A DNA stretch of 63,422 nt, filler included, from Neoconidiobolus thromboides FSU 785 (taxonomy: Eukaryota > Fungi > Entomophthoromycota): NCBI GenBank assembly GCA_025603075.1. It is 8 parts of 8 records of this genome, joined end to end, with 100 filler letters (N's around TTAATTAATTAA, not from the genome) between each part and the next. Parts side by side here need not be neighbours in the genome. Positions count along the whole stretch, not along the records: positions 33,131 to 42,602 come from MU626662.1; positions 42,703 to 46,190 come from MU626817.1; positions 46,291 to 54,131 come from MU626696.1; 5 more parts are not named here. The stretch is one strand, 5' to 3'. Positions 37,709-49,373 of the stretch are shown here, one piece after another. A program made the position numbers and the translations under genes. Each line of letters opens with the position of its first letter. Position 1 is the stretch's first letter. Under the pieces are notes generated by a model that had not been told where the DNA came from, did not search any database, and was given only the letters and a program-made list of their open reading frames with translations.

Positions 37709-38842
37709 ATGAAGATAGATAACGAAATTAAGGATAGCAAGAAAGTAATATTAGTATATATGTACGATTAACTAATTATGAACTTTTTCTAGTATGACCA
37801 AGTTTTAGAGCTAGATTGCTTCAGACAAGTAATTCAAATAAGTTAACGAAAATCCAGATCTAAAATAAATTTAACAGGAGCTTGAACAAATTCCCCTTAA
37901 TTCCAGGGCTTTACTTACCGAAAGGGAACTAGAGTTGATTAATGAAGACCGCCAAAAGTAATTAACCAGTTAGTAATCAATGACTATTAATCACTCCTTT
38001 CTAGCCCAATAAATGAGGAAGATGTTTTGGCTGAACTATTAAGTACCAAGTTCCATCTCAATGAGGAATATCTAAGGTAAGATATTCAAATGAGCTCAAA
38101 AATTGATTTTTAACTATACTTAACAGTCAGTATCACTATGCATTAGCCATTGATTGTGAGATGGTAGGCGGGGGCAGTCGTGGGTCCATTACCCTTTTAG
38201 CAAGAGTCAGTATTGTGAACTATTATGGATATACAATCTTTGATAAGTATGTTGCACCAACTCAAGAAGTCACAGATTATCGTACTTGGGTATCAGGGAT
38301 AAAGGAAGAGCATTTGCGTAATGGTAAGTAAATAGATTATGGTTTAGTTTGTAATTCATAATTATTTTTATTATATAGCACCAAGTTTTGAAGTAGTTCA
38401 ACAGCATGTACTATTTCTTATTAAGGGTAAGGTGTTGGTAGGCCATTCAATTAGAAGTGATTTGAAGGTAAATGAACTGAAAGATTACAAACACTCTATT
38501 AAAATAGTTATATTACCTTAGGCTTTGAAAATTGACCATCCAGCTCATTTAAGAGTAGATACAACAACGCCAATATCTTTTGGCATGAACACCAACAAGG
38601 TGTTTTCTTTGAAAACTCTTTGCTATAACTTATTTAATGTTGGGATCCAAAATGGTAGTCATAGTTCAGTAAGTTTAGCTAGTTTGGACTAATATTTTTT
38701 AAAACTTTTTTTTTAGGAAATTGATGCATTAGCTACCATGGCTATATATAGGAAATTTCAACATTTTGATAGTACTATGGTCGAAGCCCTCATTTCCACT
38801 CGAAAAAAACTAAAGGAAATTGAGTTTAAGCAGCATCATTAA
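37709..38842 (+). CDS. REX4: RNA exonuclease 4-like DEDDh 3'-5' exonuclease, 8 exons; absent from the ORF track
   Basis: Seven GT..AG introns splice in frame: [12 protein letters not shown]|[12 protein letters not shown]|ELEQ..|..|[45 protein letters not shown]..|..[11 protein letters not shown]|[20 protein letters not shown]|[12 protein letters not shown]. All DEDDh residues are present. Family is secure; orthology to REX4 proper is untested. Confidence 0.88.
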
Positions 38843-38956
38843 TAGGCTAATTTATGATAATAGTTTGGAAGTCTTATGTAAATAACTTACAATCTTTTGA
38901 GTATTTATGAATATTTACCTTAAATATCAATGTGTATTTACTTGTAATATTTATAA

Positions 38957-39054
38957 ACATGGGAATGTTTTCTATTTCAGCATTTTGCTAATGCTTTACT
39001 ATTATGTTACATAAAATGGACAAAATAATGAAATGGAAAACAATATACTCATAT
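38957..39054 (+). mobile_element. MITE copy 12, heavily degenerate
   Basis: Ends ACAT|GGGAATGT..ACTC|ATAT and a partial core. Confidence 0.5.
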
Positions 39055-39142
39055 CATGATTTCACATAATTTATTATACCAAATATTTTAGTAATTTTAT
39101 TTTTACTTCAATAAAGTTTTACTAAAATAAGTTTTAAGAAAT

Positions 39143-39247
39143 ACATGGGACTGTTTTTTTTAGTTCCATTATCTTTCTATTTTTTAAGCATTATTTGAGT
39201 GGAAAAATTGTAGTAAAATTCTTGAACAAAAAAATACATTCCCATAT
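39143..39247 (-). mobile_element. MITE copy 13 (flanks ACAT/ATAT)
   Basis: Consensus match. Confidence 0.88.
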
Positions 39248-39434
39248 GATTATTTGATAATAATGATATTTTTTTAATGGCTTTTTTTATAATGAACAAA
39301 CAGCTGTATTTTCTATAACCTATATATTGTTTCTATCATAGTAGCCAAAATAAGCATAGTTTTATTTTTATAATTAATTCAAACTCACTAAATTATATCT
39401 TTATTTAATAAATATTGAGCCAGTAAAAAAGGAC

Positions 39435-39539
39435 AATTAGGGGTGTTTTTTTGATTTCATAACTTTTTCCATTTTTTAAGCGCTATTTGAGTGAAAAGAT
39501 TGCTAGTAAAATCCTTAAACAAAAAATACATCCTCATAT
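39435..39539 (-). mobile_element. MITE copy 14, left arm of a perfect inverted pair
   Basis: 39444-39533 is the exact reverse complement of 39615-39704. Confidence 0.92.
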
Positions 39540-39608
39540 AGTATAAATTTGTTCTAAACTTATTATTGTAGATGTATTTCCAAAAAATTTCAATTTCAAT
39601 GGAGCTGT

Positions 39609-39713
39609 AACTGTGGATGTATTTTTTGTTTAAGGATTTTACTAGCAATCTTTTCACTCAAATAGCGCTTAAAAAATGGAAAAAGTTATGAAATCAAAAA
39701 AACATCTCCATAT
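39609..39713 (+). mobile_element. MITE copy 15, right arm of the perfect inverted pair
   Basis: See copy 14. Confidence 0.92.
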
Positions 39714-41884
39714 ATTAATTAATCTAACCTGATCATAAAATAGCGTTACAAGTAAAATAAAATTTAAAATTAATCCTATCCAAAATTCATGTATTGTAAT
39801 ACTTTACAATGAAAAATATTAAAAACTAAAAAAGCATGCTTGTTTTATAATATAAAATTTTATACTAGTACAGGCTGTTACTATTAAAAAAATTCTGAAA
39901 ATGGGTTTCATTCTTAAATAAAAAAATATTTAATCAATTTCAATTATAAAAGCCATATACTTAATCAAAATATTAACTATTTAGCTTTTATTAGAAATAA
40001 TAAAATGACAAAATACAGATATTTACATAAAGTGAAAGTTCTAATAAAATTTTGTGTTCTAATATTTATTTTTCAACATTTGTTTTAATTATAAAATTGA
40101 CATAAATTCTTTAAAGCTGTATTTATGAAAACCTTTGATAAAAGACAGGAATGTTTTTGGCTGTAACAGTAAGTTGGTTTTTGTATACAAAATTTAAATA
40201 AATTGCACATTAGTATTTTTTTCTGGTGCAATATTGTACCTTTACCACTAGGATTCACCGAAAGGTAGCTATTTATGAAAGTTCTAGTACAATTACAATG
40301 CTGAATTTAAAATAAAATACAAATAGTAATAACTCAAAAAGTTTTCAAAACTTGATTTACACGTGGCTCTGTATGTGCCGAGGAATAGGCCATTTATTAT
40401 CTATATCCTGGAGCATTTAGACATGCACCTCTCATTCTATATATACTCATTTTATCATACGAAATAAACATGATTTGAAATCTGAAATCTGAGCTATAAA
40501 ACTTATGGCATATTGATTAAGAAGTTCTTATAAAATATTATCATATCTTTGAAAAAAGTTTAGTAAGGTTCAATATAAAAGATCTATTAAATCAACCGCA
40601 TAACTTTAATATAACCAAAATTATAATAATTAATAGAATGTTCTTTACAATTCACTTTAAAGGTTGGCATTTTTATATACAGTAGTGGGTACCATTTATA
40701 GTATAAATCATTACCATTCTGATAACAACGATATAACATTTATAGTTTAATAATAAAATTTAAACTATACTTTGTTAATTATAGTAAATTATTCTTTCAA
40801 TGTTGTTTGAGTTTTGAGTTATTTTGAGTTTTGAGTTTTTGATAAAATTAAATTGCATTAAAGTGAAACACTTAAATTTTTAGTAAAACATCCCAATATA
40901 GTTTAGGCGTAATAATTAATAATTCGGGTTTTTATTAACTTTATTAAGCAAATTCTGAGTTTTATCCACAGTTGGCTATATTAAACATAACTGAATATAC
41001 TAAAGAGGCAGCCGAAAACCAACATATGTACAATATATCATGGGATGTGGAGAGAATAAGGCATTTTATTTTAGTCATTTTGATAGAAGTAAAATTTTTT
41101 ATCAATTTTTTGAGTTTGAAATTGATTTTTATCGAATTCTTTTAAAGCGTGGTCGTAATATTAATTTTAATTTATTAGATTTTGGAATCCCTTATCATAT
41201 TAACTACTAGATTAATTTTATCTTATCTTTTATTAAAATTACCCCTTCTCTAATTAAGAATATCGAATCAAAAGATAGAGTTACCAGTCCAATCAAGCTT
41301 AGTAAACCAGGCATAATGTTCCTCAACAACCCCAAAAACCCAAATTGAAATTTTGAACTTAGTTAAAACTATGAATTTGCTGGGGAGAATAAGGATCTAT
41401 CAAGAAAAAGGGTAATGAATTCATTAAATTGATTAAATAGAAGTATCGACACACATACGGTTAGGACTAAACATTTGAAAATAAATATATTAGTAAGTGG
41501 TTCCTCTGTTTATGCTTGGTATTCTGTTATCCAACAAGCAATGCGCAATAAAATTCTGAAGCTTATAGAACACCACTTTAAGTGAGGTTCTTATTTTTAT
41601 TTTTAAATAGGTTTTAATATGTTTGCTTGAATATTAAAATAATAGCCAGCCACCAATTAAATCCAAGTAATAAACCTCCAGAATAAACTAAATCATAAAT
41701 TAGAAAGTATAAAAGAAAATAAAAGATACTATATCGAATATTTAATCTTTTCTTTAATATTAAAAAGAAATTTATTTTCATCAAAATAAATTATCTAATT
41801 ATACAAAGTCAATAGACTAATCTAATTTGATTGTTTTTCTCTTCTCCAAGCGTTATAGATTACTTTAATTAACCACTAATCGTT

Positions 41885-42602
41885 ATGGCCTCTCTTCATA
41901 AAGAATTAGCTAACCTTTCCATCTCAGCCTCAAGCCCAATCTCAGAGTCTCTTAAGGTACTTTCCTCTTCTAAGGGTGCTGAAGAACTTAAAAAAGTTGC
42001 CAATGAAATTGCTGCCACCATTCAAGCCAATGGTGTTGGTGCTTTTGGTGCTGATGATCTCCTTGAAAAATTAGATCAAAATACCTTATCAAAATCTTCC
42101 GATGTCCGTGAAGGAACTCTTTACACTTACACTGCCATTATTAACACTGTCGGCAAGCCCGCTGAACCTTTCATTGTTTCTGTATTAACCAATATCCTTG
42201 AATGTCTTTCCGACAAGGTTACCATTGTTCGTCAAGCTGCTGATGAAACTACCAAAGCCCTTATTTCTATTCTTTCTCCAAACTCTGTTAAGGCTATCCT
42301 CCCAACTTTGTTCGAAGCTCTTGAGCTCAACAAGAAATGGCAAACCAAAGAAGGTTCTCTTAACCTTATTGCTTCTCTTCCAACCATTGCTCATCGTCAA
42401 GTACAAGATAACTTAAAGGATATCCTTCCAGTTGTCTCCGATGCTATGTGGGATTCTAAACCACAAGTTAAAACTGCTGCTAAAGCTTGTATGACTTCAG
42501 TTACTGGATGTGTAGGAAATGGTGATATTGAACCTTTCCTTCCTCATCTTATTAACTGTATCGCTGATCCAACTCAAGTTCCAGAAACCATTTACAAACT
42601 TG
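41885..42602 (+). CDS. TEF3: Translation elongation factor 3 (eEF3), N-terminal HEAT region; truncated by the gap
   Basis: AEPFIVSVL..LSDKVTIVRQAA, KKWQTKEGSL, LPVVSDAMWDSKPQVK, VGNGDIEPFLPHLINCIADPTQVPETIYKL; very strong high-expression codon bias. The NEW1 paralog is not formally excluded. Confidence 0.9.
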
Positions 42603-42702
42603 NNNNNNNNNNNNNNNNNNNNNNNNNNNNNNNNNNNNNNNNNNNNTTAATTAATTAANNNNNNNNNNNNNNNNNNNNNNNNNNNNNNNNNNNNNNNNNN
42701 NN
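42603..42702. other. Artificial assembly spacer
   Basis: 44 N + TTAATTAATTAA + 44 N. Confidence 0.98.
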
Positions 42703-42703
42703 T

Positions 42704-43636
42704 AGCTTTTTTCCTTGGGTTATTAGTATCAAGGAAATTCTATTAGCCCATTGCTATAGAAGTAGCTTTATTTTGCAGCTAAATCAGGCACCTAAATCAA
42801 CAAGTAAAACATTAAGGAAAGAAAGAGCAGTCACTTATTGTATTTTACATGCTTATTATAACGGAATTTTGACAAGGTTTGGATCTTATGTAGGGGAAAC
42901 TAACAAACCAGGGGTATTGTTTAAGTTAAGTAGTAATTTTGATGATAAAGCAATGCAACCAGATGATATGTTTTATAAAAACCATGAGCAAATTAACTGC
43001 TATTGTTTTTTAAAATTAGTAGAATTCTATTTTGAGCTGAGTAAAATTTTCCATTATTTACGATTATTTAAAGAGGGTATCTCAACAGAGACCAAATTCT
43101 TAAATTTTGAAATATACTCATACCAACTATCAAAAAAAATGACAATGGTTAAAGATGAATATTTTGGATGGTACGATGATTTGATTATATTTATGGATAA
43201 CGAAGAAATAATAAATAAGATTAAACAACTTCAATATTGTATCTTGTTCTTCTTCCATCTAGTTCACTTTTTTCTATTTTCTTTCCAACTCTCTCACTCA
43301 AAATATAAACATCAAGTTGAACATCAGCATGCTAATAATAATCATTGTCAAGGCCCAGATTACGTCAAGCTTAGTTTGAACGAATGCTATTCCATAATCA
43401 ACCTTTCTATATCTCTTAATTTTAGTTATACACTTACATTTAGTTGTTCACAAGTTTCAATCTGCTTAATATTTATTCTGAGACATGAGAAGAATCTCAA
43501 ACTTAAAAATGAAAGTGTAAAAAAAGGAATTAAGTATCTAGAAAACTTGAATAAGTTTCTTTCTATGGCCCTTATCTCTCAGCTTAATTTAAAACTTATC
43601 CGAGTGATCCAAGAATTTTTAAAGCACCAGGTGTAG
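42704..43636 (+). CDS. 3' part of a fungal transcription-factor-like protein
   Basis: Frame open from the gap (SFFPWVISIKEILLAHCYRS..RKERAVTYCILHAYYNG..); unrelated to the eEF3 before the gap. Confidence 0.55.
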   Translation, partial: SFFPWVISIKEILLAHCYRSSFILQLNQAPKSTSKTLRKERAVTYCILHAYYNGILTRFGSYVGETNKPGVLFKLSSNFDDKAMQPDDMFYKNHEQINCYCFLKLVEFYFELSKIFHYLRLFKEGISTETKFLNFEIYSYQLSKKMTMVKDEYFGWYDDLIIFMDNEEIINKIKQLQYCILFFFHLVHFFLFSFQLSHSKYKHQVEHQHANNNHCQGPDYVKLSLNECYSIINLSISLNFSYTLTFSCSQVSICLIFILRHEKNLKLKNESVKKGIKYLENLNKFLSMALISQLNLKLIRVIQEFLKHQV

Positions 43637-44414
43637 CTATTTTATTATTTTTGGAGTATCTATTTACGTTAATAAAATCCTAGAGTTAAATCTATACCAA
43701 TAGTTAGATATAAATACTTATAGTTTAATTTAATTTATCTTACCGCTTTTAATAAATACTTTATTAGGCTAAAATTTTAAAAACTATAATGATTACAAAT
43801 CTAATGAGCACTAGTTTGTTTTATATAAAAATTTATAGAAATAGCTTAAAATTTTAAACTATAGCCTAATAGCAAACCTAATTCCTGATTGCTTACTACA
43901 GATTTGTATATTTTAATAGTCATTGTTTATTGTCATAAGTATGAAAAAATATCAATATGAAATACTTATTGTTCGGATATAAACACCTGTTTATACCTTA
44001 ATTTCTAAGAAGCACCTACAAACTATCAGAGCAGTAAGTTGATATCATAGTTAAATCGATGGTGGTTTTTTTCGATCATTTGTCCACTTTTAAAGCTTAA
44101 ATTTTAGCTTTTATATCTAAAAATTAGTCAAGGTCAACCTGTAATAATTTACTCAACAATAATATTTATTTTGCAGTAGATAGCAAGTACTATTTGACAT
44201 TTTTTGACTAAAAGAGTCAATTTGTGTAATTATTTGAAAAAATTTAGTTAAGTACATAGATTTAGAGTTTGATAAAAGTAATATTTATAATATTTGTTAA
44301 GATCATTACTTAGAGATTATTTTGATATACTAAGGCTATAGTAGATATAGCAACTTAAATGAAAAAATTCGTTTTTAAAAACCAGTCCAATTGGGACATA
44401 GTTTTGAGAACACT

Positions 44415-44520
44415 ATATGGGAATATATTTTTGTATTTAAGAATTTTACTAATAGTTTTTCCGCTCAAATAGTGCTTAAAAGATGGAAAAAGTGATGAAC
44501 CCAAAAAAACATCCCTATAT
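44415..44520 (+). mobile_element. MITE copy 16 (TSD ATAT/ATAT)
   Basis: Consensus match. Confidence 0.9.
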
Positions 44521-45003
44521 TATCTAAAATTGCATAATTTAGATATATTATTCTAATGACAAGTATATATATGAACATCTAAAAATTAACGCGATATCAT
44601 TTCTTACAAAGGTTTGTTATTAAAATAATTAAGCCTATACTAAATAGTATTGCTTGTATTTCCTTTTTCAAACTAAAAACTAAAGTAAATAAGGAATCTA
44701 CAAAACTGAGCATCTCTATTCCAACTTAATTAACTGTTCATTTAAAAATAAAATTTGTCAAAGTTATTTAATACAATACCAAGCTTCAAAAATAAAATAA
44801 TCTAAAACTTAACTCTAAATTTACCAAGCTAATTCACAATTAAGCTATAACAAACGTATAATAAACAATTTAAAAACAGCTCAAAATAGCACATACAGCT
44901 TATCCTAAAGGCAACTGAGTGTTCAACATACTTTGAAAACATATTAAATTTAGTGTAAAGATCAAACTCTTTAATAAAATCTTTTCGTATAATTTGATGT
45001 ATT

Positions 45004-45110
45004 ATATGGGGGTGTTTTTTTTGGCTTCATTACTTTTTCCATCTTTTAAGTGCTATTTGAGTGGAAAAGTTATCAGTAAAATTCTTAAACACAAAAATAC
45101 ATCCCCATAT
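45004..45110 (-). mobile_element. MITE copy 17 (TSD ATAT/ATAT)
   Basis: Consensus match. Confidence 0.92.
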
Positions 45111-45333
45111 ATTGAGTAGTAATAATGTTAATTTTTTGTCAAGTGTTAAAAGCAAAAAACAAATCTTGTCTTTAATATATTATAAAATGTTTCTAATAAA
45201 TAAACTTGGTTTTTAATTCAAAAAAGTCAGTCATTAAAATATGACTAAACTTGTTATAACCCAATGAATATTCAACTAAATAATATAGAGCAAAGATCAT
45301 TAAAGACACCAAATTCCATACTAGATTTTCAAC

Positions 45334-45433
45334 ATATGGGATGTTTTTTGTGTTTAAGAATTTTGCTAACAGTTTTTTCACTCAAATAGCGCTTAAAATG
45401 GAAAAAGTGAAGTCAAAAAAATATCCTCCATAT
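45334..45433 (+). mobile_element. MITE copy 18 (TSD ATAT/ATAT)
   Basis: Consensus match. Confidence 0.9.
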
Positions 45434-45840
45434 TATAATGTATTAATATAGAATGTGATTGAAGCTTGATACTTTTAATAGACTTTATTTGATATTATTT
45501 CTTTTATTATTCATAAGATTCCAACAAAATCAGTTACTTTTTGGGATATAAAATTTATTTTAGTTTTAGTATAGTGTAAATTACTTAATAGAAAAAAGCA
45601 AAAACATCACCAGAATGATTGTTGAATATTAACATATATCTTTATTACCAAAATAGTTTATTTGCATTATATTATTTTAGATAACAAATTATCTGGAAGT
45701 TAATTGGATCTTGTAAGATTTTGAAAATACCAAACCACAGTTATTCAAGAATCGATTATAATTTATTTACATCATGAACTAAAAATAGTTTAGTTTTCTA
45801 ACTTTTAGTTGATGTTTAATGTTTATAATTGAATCAATAA

Positions 45841-46190
45841 ATGGATTATTTGTTTAATGTGAAAGAGATAATAAGGACCCATCGCTGTGATCAATGTACA
45901 CAAAGCCATATAAAATGTGACAGACAAATACCAAAATGTAGTAGTTGTATTAAAAGGAACCTAGAATGTACCTTAGATAGGAAATTAGTTTACCCAAAGT
46001 TAAAAGGGACAAATAAATGGAGGGGGGTAAGCAATTTAGTTAAAAAGAGTGTTAAAATTGATTTAAAGAATCAACCACAAGCTATTTTAAAGTTGCCCAA
46101 AGATTATGGATATTCATATTCAGTATTAGGTGTTTTTCATAAGTTCCCAAGAAAAAGTGTGTTGGAAAACTTGACCAATTTGATTCAAAA
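45841..46190 (+). CDS. Zn(II)2Cys6 transcription factor, 5' part
   Basis: CDQCTQSHIKCDRQIPKCSSCIKRNLEC = C-x2-C-x6-C-x6-C-x2-C-x6-C; runs into the gap. Confidence 0.92.
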
Positions 46191-46290
46191 NNNNNNNNNN
46201 NNNNNNNNNNNNNNNNNNNNNNNNNNNNNNNNNNTTAATTAATTAANNNNNNNNNNNNNNNNNNNNNNNNNNNNNNNNNNNNNNNNNNNN
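46191..46290. other. Artificial assembly spacer
   Basis: 44 N + TTAATTAATTAA + 44 N. Confidence 0.98.
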
Positions 46291-46743
46291 GGTATTGTTG
46301 GAGCCTAAAATATATGCTCCACCATGTAGATAAAACAAAGTTTCTTTGTCAACAATTGGGTCTTTGCTTTTAGGCATAGCAAACTATAATTCTAATTTTT
46401 CGCTATCATACTAGAGAGCATCATCTCTTTCAATTGTATATTTACCAATCTCTTTGGTCAATTTTCCTTTAACAATACTATGGCTTAATTCCCGATAATA
46501 ATCTGGAATATAAATTGTAGTTACATCAAAGTCTTTGGGGTGTGGTTTGGTGATCATCTCTATATTATCACGAGCCATTTTTAGTGTTTGCCTTGGATAA
46601 GAATTCAAGCTCTTTTTGACGATGCTCCAGGCCAGGTAAAATTTTAAGTCTCAGGAGGGTAGGGGCGCCCCTTGAGTTAAGTATACGTAACTTGTATATA
46701 AATCTGTGTTTGTTAGACTACTAAAGAATTTTAAACGGTCCAT
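46291..46743 (-). pseudogene. HSL-family esterase pseudogene (5' part), tandem twin of 47460..48881
   Basis: MDRLKFFSSL..GAPLPS*DLKF..DAL*YDSEKLEL*FAMPKSKDPIVDKETLFYLHGGAYILGSNNT. The three in-frame stops correspond to W, W and E codons in the intact copy. Confidence 0.88.
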
Positions 46744-47049
46744 GATACAAAATCAAATGGTGAAAATCGGTCACTTGGTTGATTTTATATGCTTTTTTTT
46801 ACCTGATTTGCTTTGGATGTTATGGCTTGGCCCCTTTTTATTTTATAGTTAATTTTAATCCCTGATTTTTTCGGGGAATGTTTCGGTAGCACGGTTTAAA
46901 CCCCGTCCGCATTCTACTGGCAATTAGTGTGATAAAGGCAGGTTGTAGCTTGTTATTTGAACCGATATATAATAACCATATATTTAGCTATTTGTTAATG
47001 CTATCATATTTACTAAATTTAATGATATTACAATGTTTTTCTCAAAGGA

Positions 47050-47133
47050 TGACTTTTGTTTAATTCTAATAACAATTTTTTCAGTCAATAGTGCTTAAAA
47101 ATGAAAAAATATTTGAAACCTATAGAGATATCT
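47050..47133 (+). mobile_element. MITE copy 19, degenerate remnant
   Basis: aacaattttttcagtcaatagtgcttaaaaatgaaaaaa core only. Confidence 0.45.
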
Positions 47134-47459
47134 TTCTTTTGACCATTTTTTGTTAAGATAAAGTCAAAAAACTATCAGAAAAATTCGAAGCAAAAAAGGT
47201 GCTTCTGTATACTAAGTACTCTTTGTCTAAAAGGTTTTGTGATAAGGGCCATATCATCAGATACTGGATCTTTTAGCATATCTTTGATAAGAAATTAATT
47301 TTCATTCAATAGAAAGTACTACATAATTTTGTAGCATAGAAGTATTATACTAATCATGTGTTAATTAAGATATGAGATATGAAGGAAGCTCTATGTAAAC
47401 TAAAGATAACACTGAAATAAAAATAGTTTATTAATTATAGATTTTATATCGCTGCAAGG

Positions 47460-48881
47460 CTAAAAGGCTTTTGGTATGCTATATCCTGTAATGTCATAGT
47501 CAAATGGATGTAATTTTAATTTCCTATCAATTTTATAAGCCCAGGATAAATTATTGTTGTTTTTACTACAATTGCTAAAACAATCTTTAATAAACTGAGA
47601 GCATAACTTAAACGACTTTTTGCTGCTTCGATGAAACCAGATTGACTGAAACACATGTGGCATATCCTCATAAATATGTAATATTACTTGATGACTACAT
47701 GATTTTCTTTGATTGTAGCTCTTTAATTTATATGCAAATATCATACATTCATCCTCAAATCTTTCTTCGCCTCCTACAGTCTAAAAATAGTCACTAATAA
47801 TTAATAAATAAGGTATTAAATTTATTTTCACTTACCACCATAACTGGAGGAAATTTGTCAAAGTCATCCTGATACATTGGACTAACAAGGGGATATTTTA
47901 AATACTTTTCATTGGTATAGAAATGTCCATTAACATTTAAAATCTCTTCTTTTAAATAAAGGCATGAGCTTGCTAATAATTCATTAATAAATAAATAATT
48001 TTTGATTCCATTCAGTTTAGGTCCAGGTAAAATATCGTTATTTTTCGTAAAAATACTAGGTTGAGTTGAGGCTATATCTACCCATGGACTTAGTAGTAGA
48101 GCTCCTGCTACCATTCCATATTGATCAAGTTGACTTAATAATATTAAAAATGAGCTAGATAAACCTCCACCAGCACTATCTCCAGCAATTACTATTTTAG
48201 TTGCATCAATCCCCATCCCTGGACACTCAGCAGTACTTTGGGATGTTAGAAATAAATAAGCTGCTAAGGTGTCCTCCAAAGCACAAGGAAAAGGAAACTC
48301 AGGTGCTAGTCTATAGTTTAAAGCTAAAAAACATCATCAATGCTAAAAACAGAAAAACAAAAACAAAATTTATTACCAGCTACTTGACAGTTTGCTTTTC
48401 TACCTAGTTTACAATAAAGTGGCCGATGGGTATTGTTGGAGCCTAAAATATATGCTCCACCATGTAGATAAAACAAAGTTTCTTTGTCAACAATTGGGTC
48501 TTTGCTTTTAGGCATAGCAAACTCTAATTTCAACTTTTTACTGCTATACCAAAGGGTATCTTTTCTTTGAATTGGATATTTTCCTATTTCTTTAATTAAT
48601 TTTTGTTTAATAATGTTATGACTCAACTCCCTATAATGATTTGGGATGTAAATTTTTGTAACATCAAAATCTTTAGGTGGTGGGTTGATGTACATCTCCA
48701 TACTACTACGAGCTCCATTTAAACTCAGCTCTGGTTGGGGATTCATATTCTTTTTAAGAATGCTGTAGATCAAATGAAATCTTAAGTTCCAAGAAGGTAA
48801 AGGCGCTCCCTTGGTTATGTGTACATAACTTATATGAAGGGCCGCTTTTATTAGACTAGTAACAAATTTTAGACGGTCCAT
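47460..48881 (-). CDS. Hormone-sensitive-lipase-family (Abhydrolase_3) esterase/lipase, 3 exons
   Basis: LFYLHGGAY, intron, ALNYRLAPEFPFPCALED, nucleophile IAGDSAGGGL, LLSPWVD, intron, TVGGEERFEDE, YEDMPHVF. This joins three track ORFs. Confidence 0.92.
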
Positions 48882-49267
48882 AATTAGTAAAATTGAAAAT
48901 AGAGATTTGATCGCTCATTCTCTTTTATATGCTTTTTCGGAGTTAATTTGTCTTGGTTATTATGATAAGCTTATGCTAAGCTTTGTAAATATTTTAATCT
49001 CTGTTCTTTTAATAAAGATTTCGGCAGTATGGTTTAACCATGCTATATAGTAGTTTTAATATTAGCCATAATGACAGAAGTGGATTGTAGCTTAGCACTG
49101 AAGCTGTTATGTACAATAGCATTAAAAGTAGCTTTTTTAGCAATTGTTAGAACTAATAAAACTAGTCGATGTTTATAATCTATTATTCTTTAAATCTTAA
49201 CCCTTAAGGGTAAGTGTTTTTATTAAATAATAGGAATTTTAATCTATTGATTATTAGACGTTAAAAT

Positions 49268-49373
49268 ACGTGGGAGTGTTTTTTTTACTTCATTACTTTT
49301 TTCATTTTTTAAGCGCTATTTAAGTGGAAAATTTATTAGCAAATTTCTTAAACACAAAAATACATTCCCATAT
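49268..49373 (-). mobile_element. MITE copy 20 (flanks ACGT/ATAT)
   Basis: Consensus match. Confidence 0.9.

Noticed and set aside
40100-40480. TRGSVCAEE*AI fragment resembling a deaminase CAE motif
   Set aside because: Too short, interrupted by stops, and no second Cys motif was found.
41885-43636. eEF3 continuing across the gap into 42773..43636
   Set aside because: The downstream ORF has no ABC or chromodomain motifs and very different codon usage.
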